Notes under the pieces: generated by a model
Told to the model about the DNA's origin: nothing
The model's input: only the letters and a program-made list of their open reading frames with translations
Database searches by the model: none
Position numbers and translations under genes: made by a program
From: a virus
Taxonomy: Duplodnaviria; Caudoviricetes
Direction: 5' to 3' (one strand)
Virus record (IMG/VR): IMGVR_UViG_3300048861_000079
Span: 22,932 to 86,931 of that record
Length of the DNA stretch: 64,000 nt
Shown here: positions 1 through 9,800 of the stretch, piece after piece
Layout: each line of letters opens with the position of its first letter
Numbering within the stretch: the first letter of the stretch is position 1

Positions 1-2
1 AG

Positions 3-140
3 GAGACGATGCTCAAGGCCAAGGTCTCTCCGGGTGCTCAGTCGAAGACGACGCCTGCCGCGGCCGCCGAGCGCAAGCCCGCAACGCAGGGTCTCTCCGG
101 CGTAGATCGCATCCGGGCCTCCTTCGAAAAGAGCGCATAA
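3..140 (+). CDS. 3' end of a gene entering from the left, probably capsid scaffold/assembly protein
   Basis: Frame open from the window edge (ETMLKAKVSPG...RIRASFEKSA*), directly upstream of the capsid gene. Confidence 0.5.
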   Translation, partial: ETMLKAKVSPGAQSKTTPAAAAERKPATQGLSGVDRIRASFEKSA

Positions 141-160
141 GAAACCCTTATAGCAAAAAT

Positions 161-180
161 GTAAGCGGATGCTTACTTTT
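161..180. promoter_or_regulatory. degenerate 20-bp palindromic operator (upstream member of a pair)
   Basis: GTAAGCGGATGCTTACTTTT, partial match to RTAAGTAA-N4-TTACTTAY. Confidence 0.55.
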
Positions 181-184
181 TTAC

Positions 185-214
185 TTGCAAATTCGCCTGC
201 CGTTGGACTATTGT
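185..214 (+). promoter_or_regulatory. sigma70-like promoter of capsid gene
   Basis: TTGCAA-N18-TATTGT; same layout as 5085-5114. Confidence 0.55.
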
Positions 215-232
215 AAGTAAGTGCTTACTTAC
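213..232. promoter_or_regulatory. 20-bp palindromic operator
   Basis: GTAAGTAAGTGCTTACTTAC (perfect 9-bp inverted arms). Confidence 0.8.
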
Positions 233-281
233 GTGGTCCATGGCGGGCTACGTGCATTTCTAAACCAAGGAGACTACACGT

Positions 282-1181
282 ATGCCGCTTCTGATGACCG
301 AAGCCGCAAAGCTGGCTGAAGACGATCGCCAGCGCGGCATTATCGAGGAGCTCCTCGACAAGGACGAATTTTTCGCCCTCGTGCCTTTCGTAAAGGCCAA
401 GGACGACACGTTCAGCTACACCCGCGAGCTCACCCTGCCGTCTGCTGGCTGGATCGATCCTTACGATGATATCGAAGAATCGACTGGCGAGGTCGAGAAC
501 GTCTCGACCAAGATCAAGATCATGGCTGGTCAGTTCGATATCGCCAACTTCATCTCCGAAGTTAAGTCGGACATGTATGATCAGATCGCCGTCCAGGCGA
601 AGTTCAAGATCAAGGCTGTCGGCCGCGACTTCAAGAACGTCCTGATCAACGGTGACGCTGACGCCAACCCGAAGACTTTCGACGGCCTGCGCAAGCTTGT
701 TGTTGCTGAACGGACCCTGTCCGCTGGCGCAAACGGCGCTGCTCTGTCCTACTCCATGCTCGATGAGCTCAAGGATGCTGTTCCGCTCGGCGCAGACTTC
801 CTGATGATGCGTTCCGAGACCTGGCGCGTTATCCGCGAACTGAACCGTCTCCATGGCGGCAACACCGCGGAAATGATGATGGTTGAGAACTTCGGCGCCC
901 CGATGCGTTTCTACGACGGCACGCCGGTTATCATCAACGACTACATCGAAAAGACCGAAACCCAGGGCACGAACGTCGAGACGACCTCGATCTACGCTGT
1001 TCGCGCCAACGAAGTCGACGGCTTCCACGGCCTCTGGGCTGGCGATGCTGCCGGTGTCCGTCTGGAAGAAGTCGGCCTGAACTACAACAAGGACTCCAAG
1101 CGCTGGCGCGTCAAGTGGTATACGGGCGCTGCCCTTCGTGCCACCCATGCCGTTGCCCGCCTCAAGGGTATTCAGATCTAA
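282..1181 (+). CDS. major capsid protein (HK97-fold type)
   Basis: 299 aa, AGGAG RBS, strong codon bias, capsid-like motifs (FDGLRK, YDGTPVIINDYI, WRVKWYTG); heads the virion cluster. Confidence 0.85.
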   Translation: MPLLMTEAAKLAEDDRQRGIIEELLDKDEFFALVPFVKAKDDTFSYTRELTLPSAGWIDPYDDIEESTGEVENVSTKIKIMAGQFDIANFISEVKSDMYDQIAVQAKFKIKAVGRDFKNVLINGDADANPKTFDGLRKLVVAERTLSAGANGAALSYSMLDELKDAVPLGADFLMMRSETWRVIRELNRLHGGNTAEMMMVENFGAPMRFYDGTPVIINDYIEKTETQGTNVETTSIYAVRANEVDGFHGLWAGDAAGVRLEEVGLNYNKDSKRWRVKWYTGAALRATHAVARLKGIQI

Positions 1182-1183
1182 TC

Positions 1184-1212
1184 TTGTAAGTAAACACTTA
1201 CTTACGTATAGT
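1184..1212 (+). promoter_or_regulatory. sigma70-like promoter whose spacer is the operator
   Basis: TTGTAA-N17-TATAGT. Confidence 0.6.
1186..1205. promoter_or_regulatory. 20-bp palindromic operator
   Basis: GTAAGTAAACACTTACTTAC. Confidence 0.8.
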
Positions 1213-1237
1213 GGGCGGGAGCAATCCCGCCCATTTT
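1212..1237 (+). terminator. intrinsic terminator after capsid gene
   Basis: TGGGCGGGA-GCAA-TCCCGCCCA then TTTT. Confidence 0.75.
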
Positions 1238-1254
1238 GCATTTCGGAGCTATCG

Positions 1255-1503
1255 ATGACCAATCTCAAGCTTACCAAGTCCTCCCTCGTAGGGTTTACCG
1301 GCCGTCTTCTCGACGCGGAATTTGTCGATGGCGTCAGCCAGGGCATTTCCCAGGCGAACGCCGACACGATCGCGGCCGCCGTCGGTGGTGTGCTGGTTGA
1401 CGACGAAGGCAAGGAGATCGGCCCTGCCGGCATCTTCTACCGCCGCCCGGACAAGTCTGAGCCTGCCCCTGCTGTAACGGAAGAAACCCCTGCCGCCGAG
1501 TAA
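1255..1503 (+). CDS. hypothetical virion-cluster protein (82 aa)
   Basis: GGAG RBS before ATG 1255; paralogous to the N-terminus of the next gene. Confidence 0.7.
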   Translation: MTNLKLTKSSLVGFTGRLLDAEFVDGVSQGISQANADTIAAAVGGVLVDDEGKEIGPAGIFYRRPDKSEPAPAVTEETPAAE

Positions 1504-1515
1504 GGAGCAGTCCAT

Positions 1516-2235
1516 ATGGAACTCATGTATCTGAAGGTCGCGACGTCGCGGATGGCCGGCTACACCGGCGTCCTCGGCCCCGTTCGCTTCAAGGATGGTG
1601 TCTCGGAAGAGATGCTGCCTCGCCATATCCGCGACCGTATGGCCGCCTCGATGGAATTCCTCGAGATCGATGAGGATGGCAACGAACAGCATGCCGGCGC
1701 CCAGCACCGCCTGATCCGCGAATACAAGGAGCGCGCCCCGAAGGTCGCCTCCCTCGCGCGCCAGACCGACACCGAGAAGGCAGCTGAAATCGCATCCAAC
1801 GTGGTCATCTCCGCCAAGGATCCTGTCCTTGTTACCCGCGACGGTCTCGAAAAGATCGCCGAGGAGAAGGGCATCAAGGGTCTGCGCGAGGTCGGCAACA
1901 AGTGGGGCGTCAAGCACAGGGCGATCCCCACGCTGATCGAGATGATCCTCGATGCGCAGGAAAAGTCTGTCGCAGCCCGCGACAAGAAGCGCACCGAGAA
2001 GGCCCAGGCGGAGGCAGACAAGCTCAGCCGCAAGTCTCCGGCCGCAACGATCCAGCTGGAAGGCGATGTCGATCCGGAAGACGAGCCGAAGATCGTCCGG
2101 GCTGTCGTCAAGCAGGTGGAGCCGGAAGACGTGGCGGTCTCCGAAAAGACCTCGACCGCGGCTGCCGCCCTCAATGCCAAGCTCAAGGCCGCGGCCGCCA
2201 CCGGCAACCTCGCAGCCGCGATCACCCAGGAGTAA
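1516..2235 (+). CDS. hypothetical protein with a Rho-N/HeH-like helical motif
   Basis: AGGAG RBS; LEKIAEEKGIKGLREVGNKWGVK...LIEMIL. Confidence 0.7.
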   Translation: MELMYLKVATSRMAGYTGVLGPVRFKDGVSEEMLPRHIRDRMAASMEFLEIDEDGNEQHAGAQHRLIREYKERAPKVASLARQTDTEKAAEIASNVVISAKDPVLVTRDGLEKIAEEKGIKGLREVGNKWGVKHRAIPTLIEMILDAQEKSVAARDKKRTEKAQAEADKLSRKSPAATIQLEGDVDPEDEPKIVRAVVKQVEPEDVAVSEKTSTAAAALNAKLKAAAATGNLAAAITQE

Positions 2236-2238
2236 TCC

Positions 2239-3057
2239 ATGAACTTCTATCCCGAGGGCTATACCGTCGAGCTCGTCGTCGCCTTTACCGATCTGAATGG
2301 AGCGGCCGTCACCCCGACGGTTGTCAACGCCACTCTGACCGATGGCGAAGACGCCGTGCTTGCCAATTTCGACAACATCGTGATCGAAGACGGCGCAGCG
2401 TCGGCGACGGTCACTGTGCCCTCGGGATATAATCTGCTGGACGATGGCGAGCTGCGCGCCGCGAGGATCCTGCATGTCGAGCTGGTCACGGCCGCCGGCT
2501 CCATCAAGCGCTCGCTGTCCTATGTGGTCGAGTCCGAGCAGCGCCTCGAGATCATGACCAACACCTTTCAGACCTACGAGGCCGCCGAGATCCAGGCGCT
2601 CGATATTCCGAACATCTCCGGCTGGAGCAGCGCATCCGAGGATCAGCGCAAGGCTGCTCTGGTCGAGGCCTACCGCCGGCTGACCAATATTCCGATGAAG
2701 TTTCCGACCTATGGCGCCCAGAGGAATTGGGACGGTTTCAACAAGCTGATCGACCGCGACCTCGAATGCGAAACCATCATCACGCGCGAAGGCTGGAATG
2801 AGGTGACGCCGGACCTCTATTCCTCCTTCCCGAGCGGCTTCAAGAAGGCGCTGCGCCGGGCTCAGTTTCTCGAGGCAAACGAACTGCTGCAGGGCGATAG
2901 CGTCGGCGCCAAGCACCGCGCCGGCATCGTCACGGAAACGATCGGCGAAAGCTCGGTTACCCTGCGCGCCGGTCGCATCGACTTTGGTGTCGCCTCGCAG
3001 ACCCTCCAGGCGCTCACCGGCTACATCTATTTCAACATGAGGATCAAGCGCGCGTGA
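2239..3057 (+). CDS. putative head-tail adaptor/connector
   Basis: Position; C-terminal ALVEAYRRL...KKALRRAQFLEA...ETIGESS pattern typical of adaptors. Confidence 0.55.
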   Translation: MNFYPEGYTVELVVAFTDLNGAAVTPTVVNATLTDGEDAVLANFDNIVIEDGAASATVTVPSGYNLLDDGELRAARILHVELVTAAGSIKRSLSYVVESEQRLEIMTNTFQTYEAAEIQALDIPNISGWSSASEDQRKAALVEAYRRLTNIPMKFPTYGAQRNWDGFNKLIDRDLECETIITREGWNEVTPDLYSSFPSGFKKALRRAQFLEANELLQGDSVGAKHRAGIVTETIGESSVTLRAGRIDFGVASQTLQALTGYIYFNMRIKRA

Positions 3058-3803
3058 TTCCTCGCAATCTCGACATTAAGGCGCAGGGCGGGGCTCTGCG
3101 CTATTCGCTTCTGACCGATAGCTGGCAGGCTCTCTTCGGCCGCGCCCTGTCGTCTCCGGACTTCGGTCACGGCAGCCAGGCGTCCAACGTCATCCGCGAG
3201 GCCTATGAGACGGCCCAGATGTATCTCGACCGCGAGACGGATCTGATTGCCGAACTAACGCATCAAGTCGCTATAGAAGCTCAAGGGCTCGCGTCTCGCA
3301 AGATCGCGAACATCGACGCAGATTTGCTCGCGGTCGAAGCCCAGACGCACCTGAGCGAGACACAGCAGTATCTTCGCGATGAGATCGTCGCGCAAATTCA
3401 TCGCGACATCGCAAACGTGCGTCAGTCGCTTCAGCGGGCGGTGCTGGACGTGTCCATGATCGCGCGCACCCGAAAGCTGAAGGATCGGGCGGCCGTCGTC
3501 GCATGGCGCCTGTCGAACGACGAGACGCTCTCCTTCAACTTCACCGATCGCCGCGCGCACCGCACGCCCTCTGCCAAGTTCGTTCGTGGGCTCTGGCGCC
3601 AGACGATGCTGTCGATCCACAACGAGACCACTCTCTTTACGATCGCCGATCACGGCCTCACCTCGGCCGGCGTCTTCAAGACGATCGAAGGTGTTGAGGA
3701 GCAGGTCGCAACGATCCATCTCGACGGCGACGGCCCGACCTATGGCGAGATTCGCTCGACGCTTTTCCACCCGAACTCCAACGCCTATCTGGGAGCCATC
3801 TGA
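3054..3803 (+). CDS. hypothetical head morphogenesis/neck protein
   Basis: 249 aa, GTGA-coupled, in the neck cluster. Confidence 0.55.
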   Translation: MIPRNLDIKAQGGALRYSLLTDSWQALFGRALSSPDFGHGSQASNVIREAYETAQMYLDRETDLIAELTHQVAIEAQGLASRKIANIDADLLAVEAQTHLSETQQYLRDEIVAQIHRDIANVRQSLQRAVLDVSMIARTRKLKDRAAVVAWRLSNDETLSFNFTDRRAHRTPSAKFVRGLWRQTMLSIHNETTLFTIADHGLTSAGVFKTIEGVEEQVATIHLDGDGPTYGEIRSTLFHPNSNAYLGAI

Positions 3804-4150
3804 TGTTTCAGCCCAATCTGGTCGGCACGCTGAAGCGACTCACCGGCCGCGACGTCCATTCCCGCGAAACCTGGTCGGATCCGATCGACTGCCCGTTTGG
3901 TCCGGTCAACCTTGACGTCGGCTCGCAGAAGACGTCCGTGCGTTCTGACAGCTCCGCCTCGCGCGGCGCCGCCGATGAGATCGCGACAATGAATGCCAAG
4001 ATCCTGATCGCGCCGTTCGTTCAGGTCGCGATCGGCGACCGGTTCGAATTCGATGGCATGATCTTCAAGATCACCACCAAGCACACGCGCCGCTCCGTCA
4101 CTGGCGTCGTAGACCATTTCGAGTGCGCGATGGAGATCGTGCCGGCATGA
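3803..4150 (+). CDS. putative head closure/stopper protein
   Basis: 115 aa beta-rich (GDRFEFDGMIFKI), TGATG-coupled. Confidence 0.55.
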   Translation: MFQPNLVGTLKRLTGRDVHSRETWSDPIDCPFGPVNLDVGSQKTSVRSDSSASRGAADEIATMNAKILIAPFVQVAIGDRFEFDGMIFKITTKHTRRSVTGVVDHFECAMEIVPA

Positions 4151-4623
4151 GGGGCTCGCTGCGCATCCAGGGCATGGACAGGGTCCGGATCTCGCTTCGC
4201 AACATCGCGGAGAAGGTGCCTGATGGTGCGCGTAAGGTCATGCACAGGGCAGCCGACGACATCGTCAAGACCGCCAAGATCATGACGCCGGTCGACCTCG
4301 GCAACCTGGAGAACTCGATCAAGATCCTGAAGAGCTACGGCTACCGCGGCCGCCTGCAGATCGACATCGGCGTCGAACCCTCCGGAGGCGAGGTCAACTA
4401 CAACGGCAAGCCGATCAACGTGAACGACTATGCCGCGATCATCCATGAGAACTACGAGCAGTATAAGCCCGGCAAGCGCACACTCGCCAAGCGCGCTCAG
4501 TATCCCGGCTACTACATCGGCTCCGGCTTCATGACCCGCGCCGCCGCGCGCGAGGAGCCGCTGCTTAACAAGCAGATGATCGACACCATCGAACGCATAA
4601 TCCTGGAGGAAGACGTCAAGTGA
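4147..4623 (+). CDS. HK97 gp10-like tail completion protein
   Basis: AKIMTPVDLGNLENSI...YAAIIHE...FMTRA motifs; ATGA-coupled start. Confidence 0.7.
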   Translation: MRGSLRIQGMDRVRISLRNIAEKVPDGARKVMHRAADDIVKTAKIMTPVDLGNLENSIKILKSYGYRGRLQIDIGVEPSGGEVNYNGKPINVNDYAAIIHENYEQYKPGKRTLAKRAQYPGYYIGSGFMTRAAAREEPLLNKQMIDTIERIILEEDVK

Positions 4624-5036
4624 TCTTCGACATTCTCACCGACAAGCTTGTGACGGCAGGCCTGGTCGTGGCCGGCCAGTCCCTCTTCTACGAAACCATG
4701 CCCGCAGACTGCCAGGTCGGTGTCATGTTCCGCACGCCGCTGACGGGCATCGCGGTCGACCCTTTCATCGAAGGCTGGCACAAGGTCGATCTTCAGGTCA
4801 TCACCCGTCACACCGATCCCGTCGAGGGCGAGGCGCTGGCGAACCTGGTCTGCAAGACGCTCCTGGTCGAAGGCCCGGAATACTACGACGCCACCGCCGA
4901 GCGTGGCCCGATCCATATCAACGTCTTCTACCCGCAGACCTATCCGATCCGCTTCCCGCGCCTAGAGGGCAACGGACTCGAATTCTCGCAGCACTTCAAG
5001 GCAGCCTTCGGCATCGTGCCGCCGTGGAAGCAGTAA
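4620..5036 (+). CDS. putative tail terminator/minor capsid protein
   Basis: 138 aa immediately before the tail tube gene. Confidence 0.55.
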   Translation: MIFDILTDKLVTAGLVVAGQSLFYETMPADCQVGVMFRTPLTGIAVDPFIEGWHKVDLQVITRHTDPVEGEALANLVCKTLLVEGPEYYDATAERGPIHINVFYPQTYPIRFPRLEGNGLEFSQHFKAAFGIVPPWKQ

Positions 5037-5061
5037 ATCCTGAATTCCTGAAATCCGTGTT

Positions 5062-5081
5062 GTAAGCATCTGCTTACTTTT
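5062..5081. promoter_or_regulatory. degenerate operator (upstream member of a pair)
   Basis: GTAAGCATCTGCTTACTTTT. Confidence 0.55.
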
Positions 5082-5084
5082 TGG

Positions 5085-5114
5085 TTGTCAAGGGGATTCC
5101 TTTTGCGGTATTGT
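5085..5114 (+). promoter_or_regulatory. sigma70-like promoter of tail tube gene
   Basis: TTGTCA-N18-TATTGT. Confidence 0.55.
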
Positions 5115-5132
5115 AAGTAAGTGCTTACTTAC
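5113..5132. promoter_or_regulatory. 20-bp palindromic operator
   Basis: GTAAGTAAGTGCTTACTTAC, identical to 213-232. Confidence 0.8.
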
Positions 5133-5176
5133 TTCGTCCGTGGTGGACGAAGATGCCATGAAGGAGAAATTCAGGA

Positions 5177-6004
5177 ATGTCGTCCACCGAGAACGTCAAG
5201 CTCGGCGTGTGCAGCGTCCTTTTCGACGGCGTAGACCTTGGCTTCACCAAGGGCGGCGTCAGCGTTGAGGTTGCCACGTCCACAAAGGAAATTACCGTCG
5301 ACCAGCTGGGTGAAACCCCGATCGGCGAAATCGTCATGGGCCGCACGGTCCAGGCAACGGTTCCGCTCGCCGAAACCACGCTCGACAACCTGGTCGCCAT
5401 CATGCCGGGCTCTGAGCTGATCTCCGACGGCGCCAAGGCTACCGGTTCTGTCACGTTCTCGAGCGCTGCTCCGGTTGACGGTGACAGCATTACGATCGCT
5501 GGCACCAAGTTCACGTTCAAGGCTGCTCCTGTCAGCGCAAACGACATCGCTGTCCCGGCAACGATCGCTGCTGCTGCCACGGCGCTTGCCGCTGCCATCA
5601 ACGCCTCTTCGATCGGCTTCGTCGCCTCCGCTGCTGGTGCTGTCACCAACATCACCGCCAAGAGCCGTGGCACCGCCGGCAACGTCGCGATCGCCAAGAC
5701 GGCCGCGACTGCTGCCAACGTCACCACGACCAACATGACGGGCGGCGTCGATGTTACCAAGGCCAAGGTCGCTGTCTCGACCGGCGTCAACATCAACCTG
5801 CTGTCGCTCGCAAAGACCCTGGTCCTGCGTCCGAAGGGCACGAACGGCGAAGACGACTTCACGATCCTCCAGGCCATGTGCCCCGGTGCTCTGAACTTCG
5901 CCTACCAGTTCGACAACGAGCGCGTCTTCCAGTCGGTCTTCAAGGGCTACGCCCGCGCCGACGGTCAGCTCTTTGCGGTCGGCGACGTAACCGCAACCGC
6001 CTAA
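5177..6004 (+). CDS. major tail tube protein with an inserted domain
   Basis: LGFTKGGVSVEV...VDQLG...VPLAETTLDNL tube motifs; precedes chaperones and tape measure. Confidence 0.8.
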   Translation: MSSTENVKLGVCSVLFDGVDLGFTKGGVSVEVATSTKEITVDQLGETPIGEIVMGRTVQATVPLAETTLDNLVAIMPGSELISDGAKATGSVTFSSAAPVDGDSITIAGTKFTFKAAPVSANDIAVPATIAAAATALAAAINASSIGFVASAAGAVTNITAKSRGTAGNVAIAKTAATAANVTTTNMTGGVDVTKAKVAVSTGVNINLLSLAKTLVLRPKGTNGEDDFTILQAMCPGALNFAYQFDNERVFQSVFKGYARADGQLFAVGDVTATA

Positions 6005-6030
6005 TCGGCGGTCAAAGTTCCCTCCAGCTG

Positions 6031-6068
6031 GCCGGCGTCCCTCCCTCGGGCGTCGGTCTTCTTTTTTT
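6031..6068 (+). terminator. intrinsic terminator after tail tube gene
   Basis: GCCGGCGTCC/GGGCGTCGGT stem followed by a T run. Confidence 0.65.
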
Positions 6069-6099
6069 CCTCACAACTCTCTGACACGAAAGAGAACCC

Positions 6100-6441
6100 A
6101 TGACGAAGATCATCAATTTCGACAGCCTGAAGAAGGAACCGGTCGTCACCATCATCATCGACGGCGAGAAGCATCCGATGGTCGAGGCAACGGTGGAAAC
6201 CTTCCTCGAAAACATGAAGGCGATCGAAGATCTCGGGATCAATGCCAGCCCGCGCGCCGAAATCGAAGTCGGCATCGGCATTATCACCCGCGCCTTCCCT
6301 TCGCTGAAGGAAGAGCAGATCCGCCAGTGGACGCTGTCGCAGATCCAGCAGCTCTCGGAAATCGCCCGCGGCGCCAACGGCGAAGTCGTCACGACCGATG
6401 AGAAGGAAGCAGCCTCGGGAAACGCCCCGGCGGCGAGCTAG
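6100..6441 (+). CDS. tail assembly chaperone (gpG-like)
   Basis: Between tube and tape measure; carries the GGGAAAC slippery site near its end. Confidence 0.75.
   Translation: MTKIINFDSLKKEPVVTIIIDGEKHPMVEATVETFLENMKAIEDLGINASPRAEIEVGIGIITRAFPSLKEEQIRQWTLSQIQQLSEIARGANGEVVTTDEKEAASGNAPAAS
6417..6423 (+). other. -1 programmed ribosomal frameshift site
   Basis: G GGA AAC (X XXY YYZ); the -1 frame is open from 6423 into ORF 6474-6785. Confidence 0.8.
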
Positions 6442-6785
6442 TCGAACTCGATTTCGGGTTCCTGTTCGCCAAGGTGATGCAGACCTACGGCCTCTCCTTT
6501 GAGGAGCTCTACGGTCTGACCATCAAGCGTTTCTGGTTCCTCGTGAACCAGGTCGACAGGATCGAGGCGAATGATCGCCTCAATCAGCTTGAAGTGCTCG
6601 CTTCGGCGACTTCCGGTGAGACCTACAAGGCCGCCAGGGAGCGCTACACGCAAACGGTCGGGCAGGTCTACGTCTGGAAGCCTGTGGCTCCCGCAGAGAT
6701 CACGTTCGATCCCAACACCATCGACCCTGAATTCGACAGGGCGGGTCTCCGGGCGCTCAAGGCAAAGTTGTCCGGCGGCCTCTGA
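6423..6785 (+). CDS. gpT-like C-terminal part of the G-T chaperone fusion
   Basis: -1 frame reads RPGGELVELDFGFLFAKVMQTYGLSFEELYGLTIKRFWFL... Confidence 0.7.
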   Translation, partial: RPGGELVELDFGFLFAKVMQTYGLSFEELYGLTIKRFWFLVNQVDRIEANDRLNQLEVLASATSGETYKAARERYTQTVGQVYVWKPVAPAEITFDPNTIDPEFDRAGLRALKAKLSGGL

Positions 6786-6786
6786 C

Positions 6787-6806
6787 GTAAGTAAGTGCTT
6801 ATTTAG
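6787..6806. promoter_or_regulatory. 20-bp operator
   Basis: GTAAGTAAGTGCTTATTTAG. Confidence 0.7.
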
Positions 6807-6817
6807 GAAAAGGACGT

Positions 6818-9800
6818 ATGAGCAATATCAGGGTTGAACTTCAGCTTGCCGACGGCTCCTTCACGAGCGGTATGCTTCGTGCTGGGCAGTCGCTCAACGA
6901 GTTCAACCAGCAGCTCATCCGCACCAATCCGCGCCTGGCTGCCCTGGCGGCAGGCTCGGGTTCCATTGTCACCTCGATCAACCGTGCCGATGGGGCTACC
7001 AAGGGCTTCCTCGGCACGCTTCGCGATGTCTCCATCGTCACCGGCCTGGTGTCGATGGGCCTCTCGACCATGTCGGGTGTCGCAAACGGCTTCGTCGGCG
7101 AGATCGTCAAGGTCAACGCCGAAATGGAACGCCTGCGCTTCATGATGCAGGCGATGAGCACGGCGAAGGATCCTTTTGCCGATGCGAACCGCTCTGTCGC
7201 GTATCTGCGCGATCAGGCCAAGAACATGCCCTTTGCGATGGGCACGATCACCAATGCATTCGTCAAGCTGAAGACGACGGGCATGGATCCGATGAACGGA
7301 TCGCTCACGGCGCTCGCTGACGGTATCTCCGCTTTCGGTGGCGACGATCAGGCTTTCAACCGCGTCACGGTCGCAATCACTCAGATGGCGGGTAAGTCCG
7401 TCATTCAGATGGAAGAACTGCGCCAGCAGCTCGGCGAGCAGATGCCGGCGGCCTTTCAGGTCATGGCGCGTTCGGCCGGTGTCTCCGTCGCAGAACTGAC
7501 CAAGGCGATCTCCACCGGCCGCGTCGAGGCAAAGCCGGCGCTGGAAGGCTTCTTCCAGGAGCTTGAGCGCTCCTATGGCGGCGAAGCCCAGCGCATGATG
7601 CAGACCTTCTCCGGCCAGGTCTCGCAGCTTGCCACGAACCTGCAGAACCTTGCGACCAACGAAGGCGGCCGCGGCTTCTTCGACCAGGTGAAGGCGCAGC
7701 TGGTCGACATCAACCAGTTCCTTTCCAGCAATGCCGCCCAGATGTTTGCGACCAGGCTCGGCCAGGGTCTTTCCCAGGCTGTCGGCTGGATCCGCACGGC
7801 GGCTGAGAATGTCTTTGAATTTCGCAACGAGATCCTGAATGTCGGCTCGGCGATCGCGGCTGCATTTGGCGGTCTGGCGATCATCCGCGGCATTGGATCT
7901 TTCGTCAGCGCAGTCGGCTCGCTGCGTGCAGCCCTTGTCGGTGTTGGCGCTCAGTTCCAGGTCGCCGGCAACGCGCAGGCCTACTACAACCTCGTCACCA
8001 ATTCGGGCGCACCGGCGCTCGTGCGACTGCGCGCTGCGATGCTGGTCACGACCGAGGCCGCGGCCGGTCTGACGATGACCCTGACGGCTGTCGCGCCCTG
8101 GGTCGCCGCGGTCGGTATCGCCGTCTACACGGCCGGCAACTATTTCGGTTGGTTCACCGACAAGGTCAAGGAGAACTACGAGACCCTCGAGCAGTATGGC
8201 GCACAGACGCGCAAGCAGGCTGCAGACACCATTGCCGCGCGCAAGGCAGAGCTCGAGGCCAATCTTGAAGTCTTCGAAGCTCAGAAGAAGCAGCAGGAAG
8301 ACCTTGCCAAGTGGGGCGTCACGACCGCTGACAGCACCGACGTCGAGGAAAACATCAAGAAGGCCAAGGCTGCCCTCGATGACCTGAACAAGAAGCAGGA
8401 AGACATTCTGAACCAGGCTGCGTCCAATGAGGACCAGTCCGAGCTCGCCAAGCTTGATCGCCGGTTGCAGACCGAAATCGGCATGATCGAGAACAACTAC
8501 CGCCAGCAGCAGGAAAAGGCGGAGGTTCACTACAACGAGCTCGCCAAGCAGGATGCTGACGCCGGCAAGGTTGCCGTCAAGACGGAGCAGGATCGCAAGG
8601 CGGCCATTCTCGCCATCCAGCAGGAACGCTCCAAGGCGATCCTCGACATCTACCAGAAGGAAGAGGATGAGCTGAAGAAGCGCCAGCAGACGGCGCTCGG
8701 CGACGAACTCACGCGGATCAACACGCTGCTTGGAAACGTGCGGGCGCGCTGGCTGCAGGAAAACGACAACCTCAAGAACCTGAAGATGCCGGCCGGCATC
8801 CAGTTCGCCAACAAGCCGATCAACGACGCTCAGAACATCAAGCAGGGTCAGACGACCCTCAAGAGCCTCACCGACGACATCGCCAAGGTCCAGGCGCAGC
8901 TTGGCGGCGCCTCGGGCGCTGCTGCCGAGATGTGGCAGAAGATCAAGAACGGCGATTACGGTCAGATCGAGGGCGCGACCGAAGAGACCAAGAAGCTCCA
9001 CGAAGAGCTGATGGCCGCGACGACGCAGAAGGAAGCGCTAGACAAGCTGATGGCCGGCCAGAAGAAGGCCGAGCAGGATCTCGCCAGCGTCAAGGAAAAG
9101 GTTCTCGCCAAGGAATTCGAACTTCGCAAGAAGATGTCCGGCGGCGACAACATGACCGACAGCGAGGAGTTCCTCCTCAAGCTGCAGGACGGCTTCTACC
9201 AGGGCCTCGGCCCGATCGACAACATCCGCGAAGCAATCAGCGGTGTGACGTCCGCGCTCGACCTGACGGGCACGACGCTGAACACGATCGGCAACGTCAC
9301 CCGCAACAACACCTTCGGTGATCAGACCGCTCAGAAGATCCAGACGGTCACCGACAAGCTGCGCGAAATGTCTGGCGTTCTTGCCGATATCTCTCGCGGC
9401 GTCTCGGGCATCGACATGTCGAACATTGGCAAGGGCCTGCCCACCTCGACCGCAGGCTTCTCCGGCGGCGCCCTGATGGGCATGGCAGGCTTCTCGGGCG
9501 TGCCGACCTCCGGCGCCAACCTGATGTCGAAGCACATGGATATCTTCGGGGATCCGCGCACGCCTGGCTGGGCTGCGCAGAACCTCACCGACGTCGGCAT
9601 CGACAACGGCATGAAGGTCCAGGTCAACAAGCTCGCCGCGGACGCCTTCAAGGGCTTCCTGAACGAGCTCCTCGGCCAGGGCTACAACATCAAGTCCCTC
9701 GGCGGCTACGCGCTGCGCGACAAGGTCTCGGGCAACGGGATCTCCGAGCATGCCTTTGGCAACGCCATCGACATCAATCCGGACCAGAACCCTTACGGCA

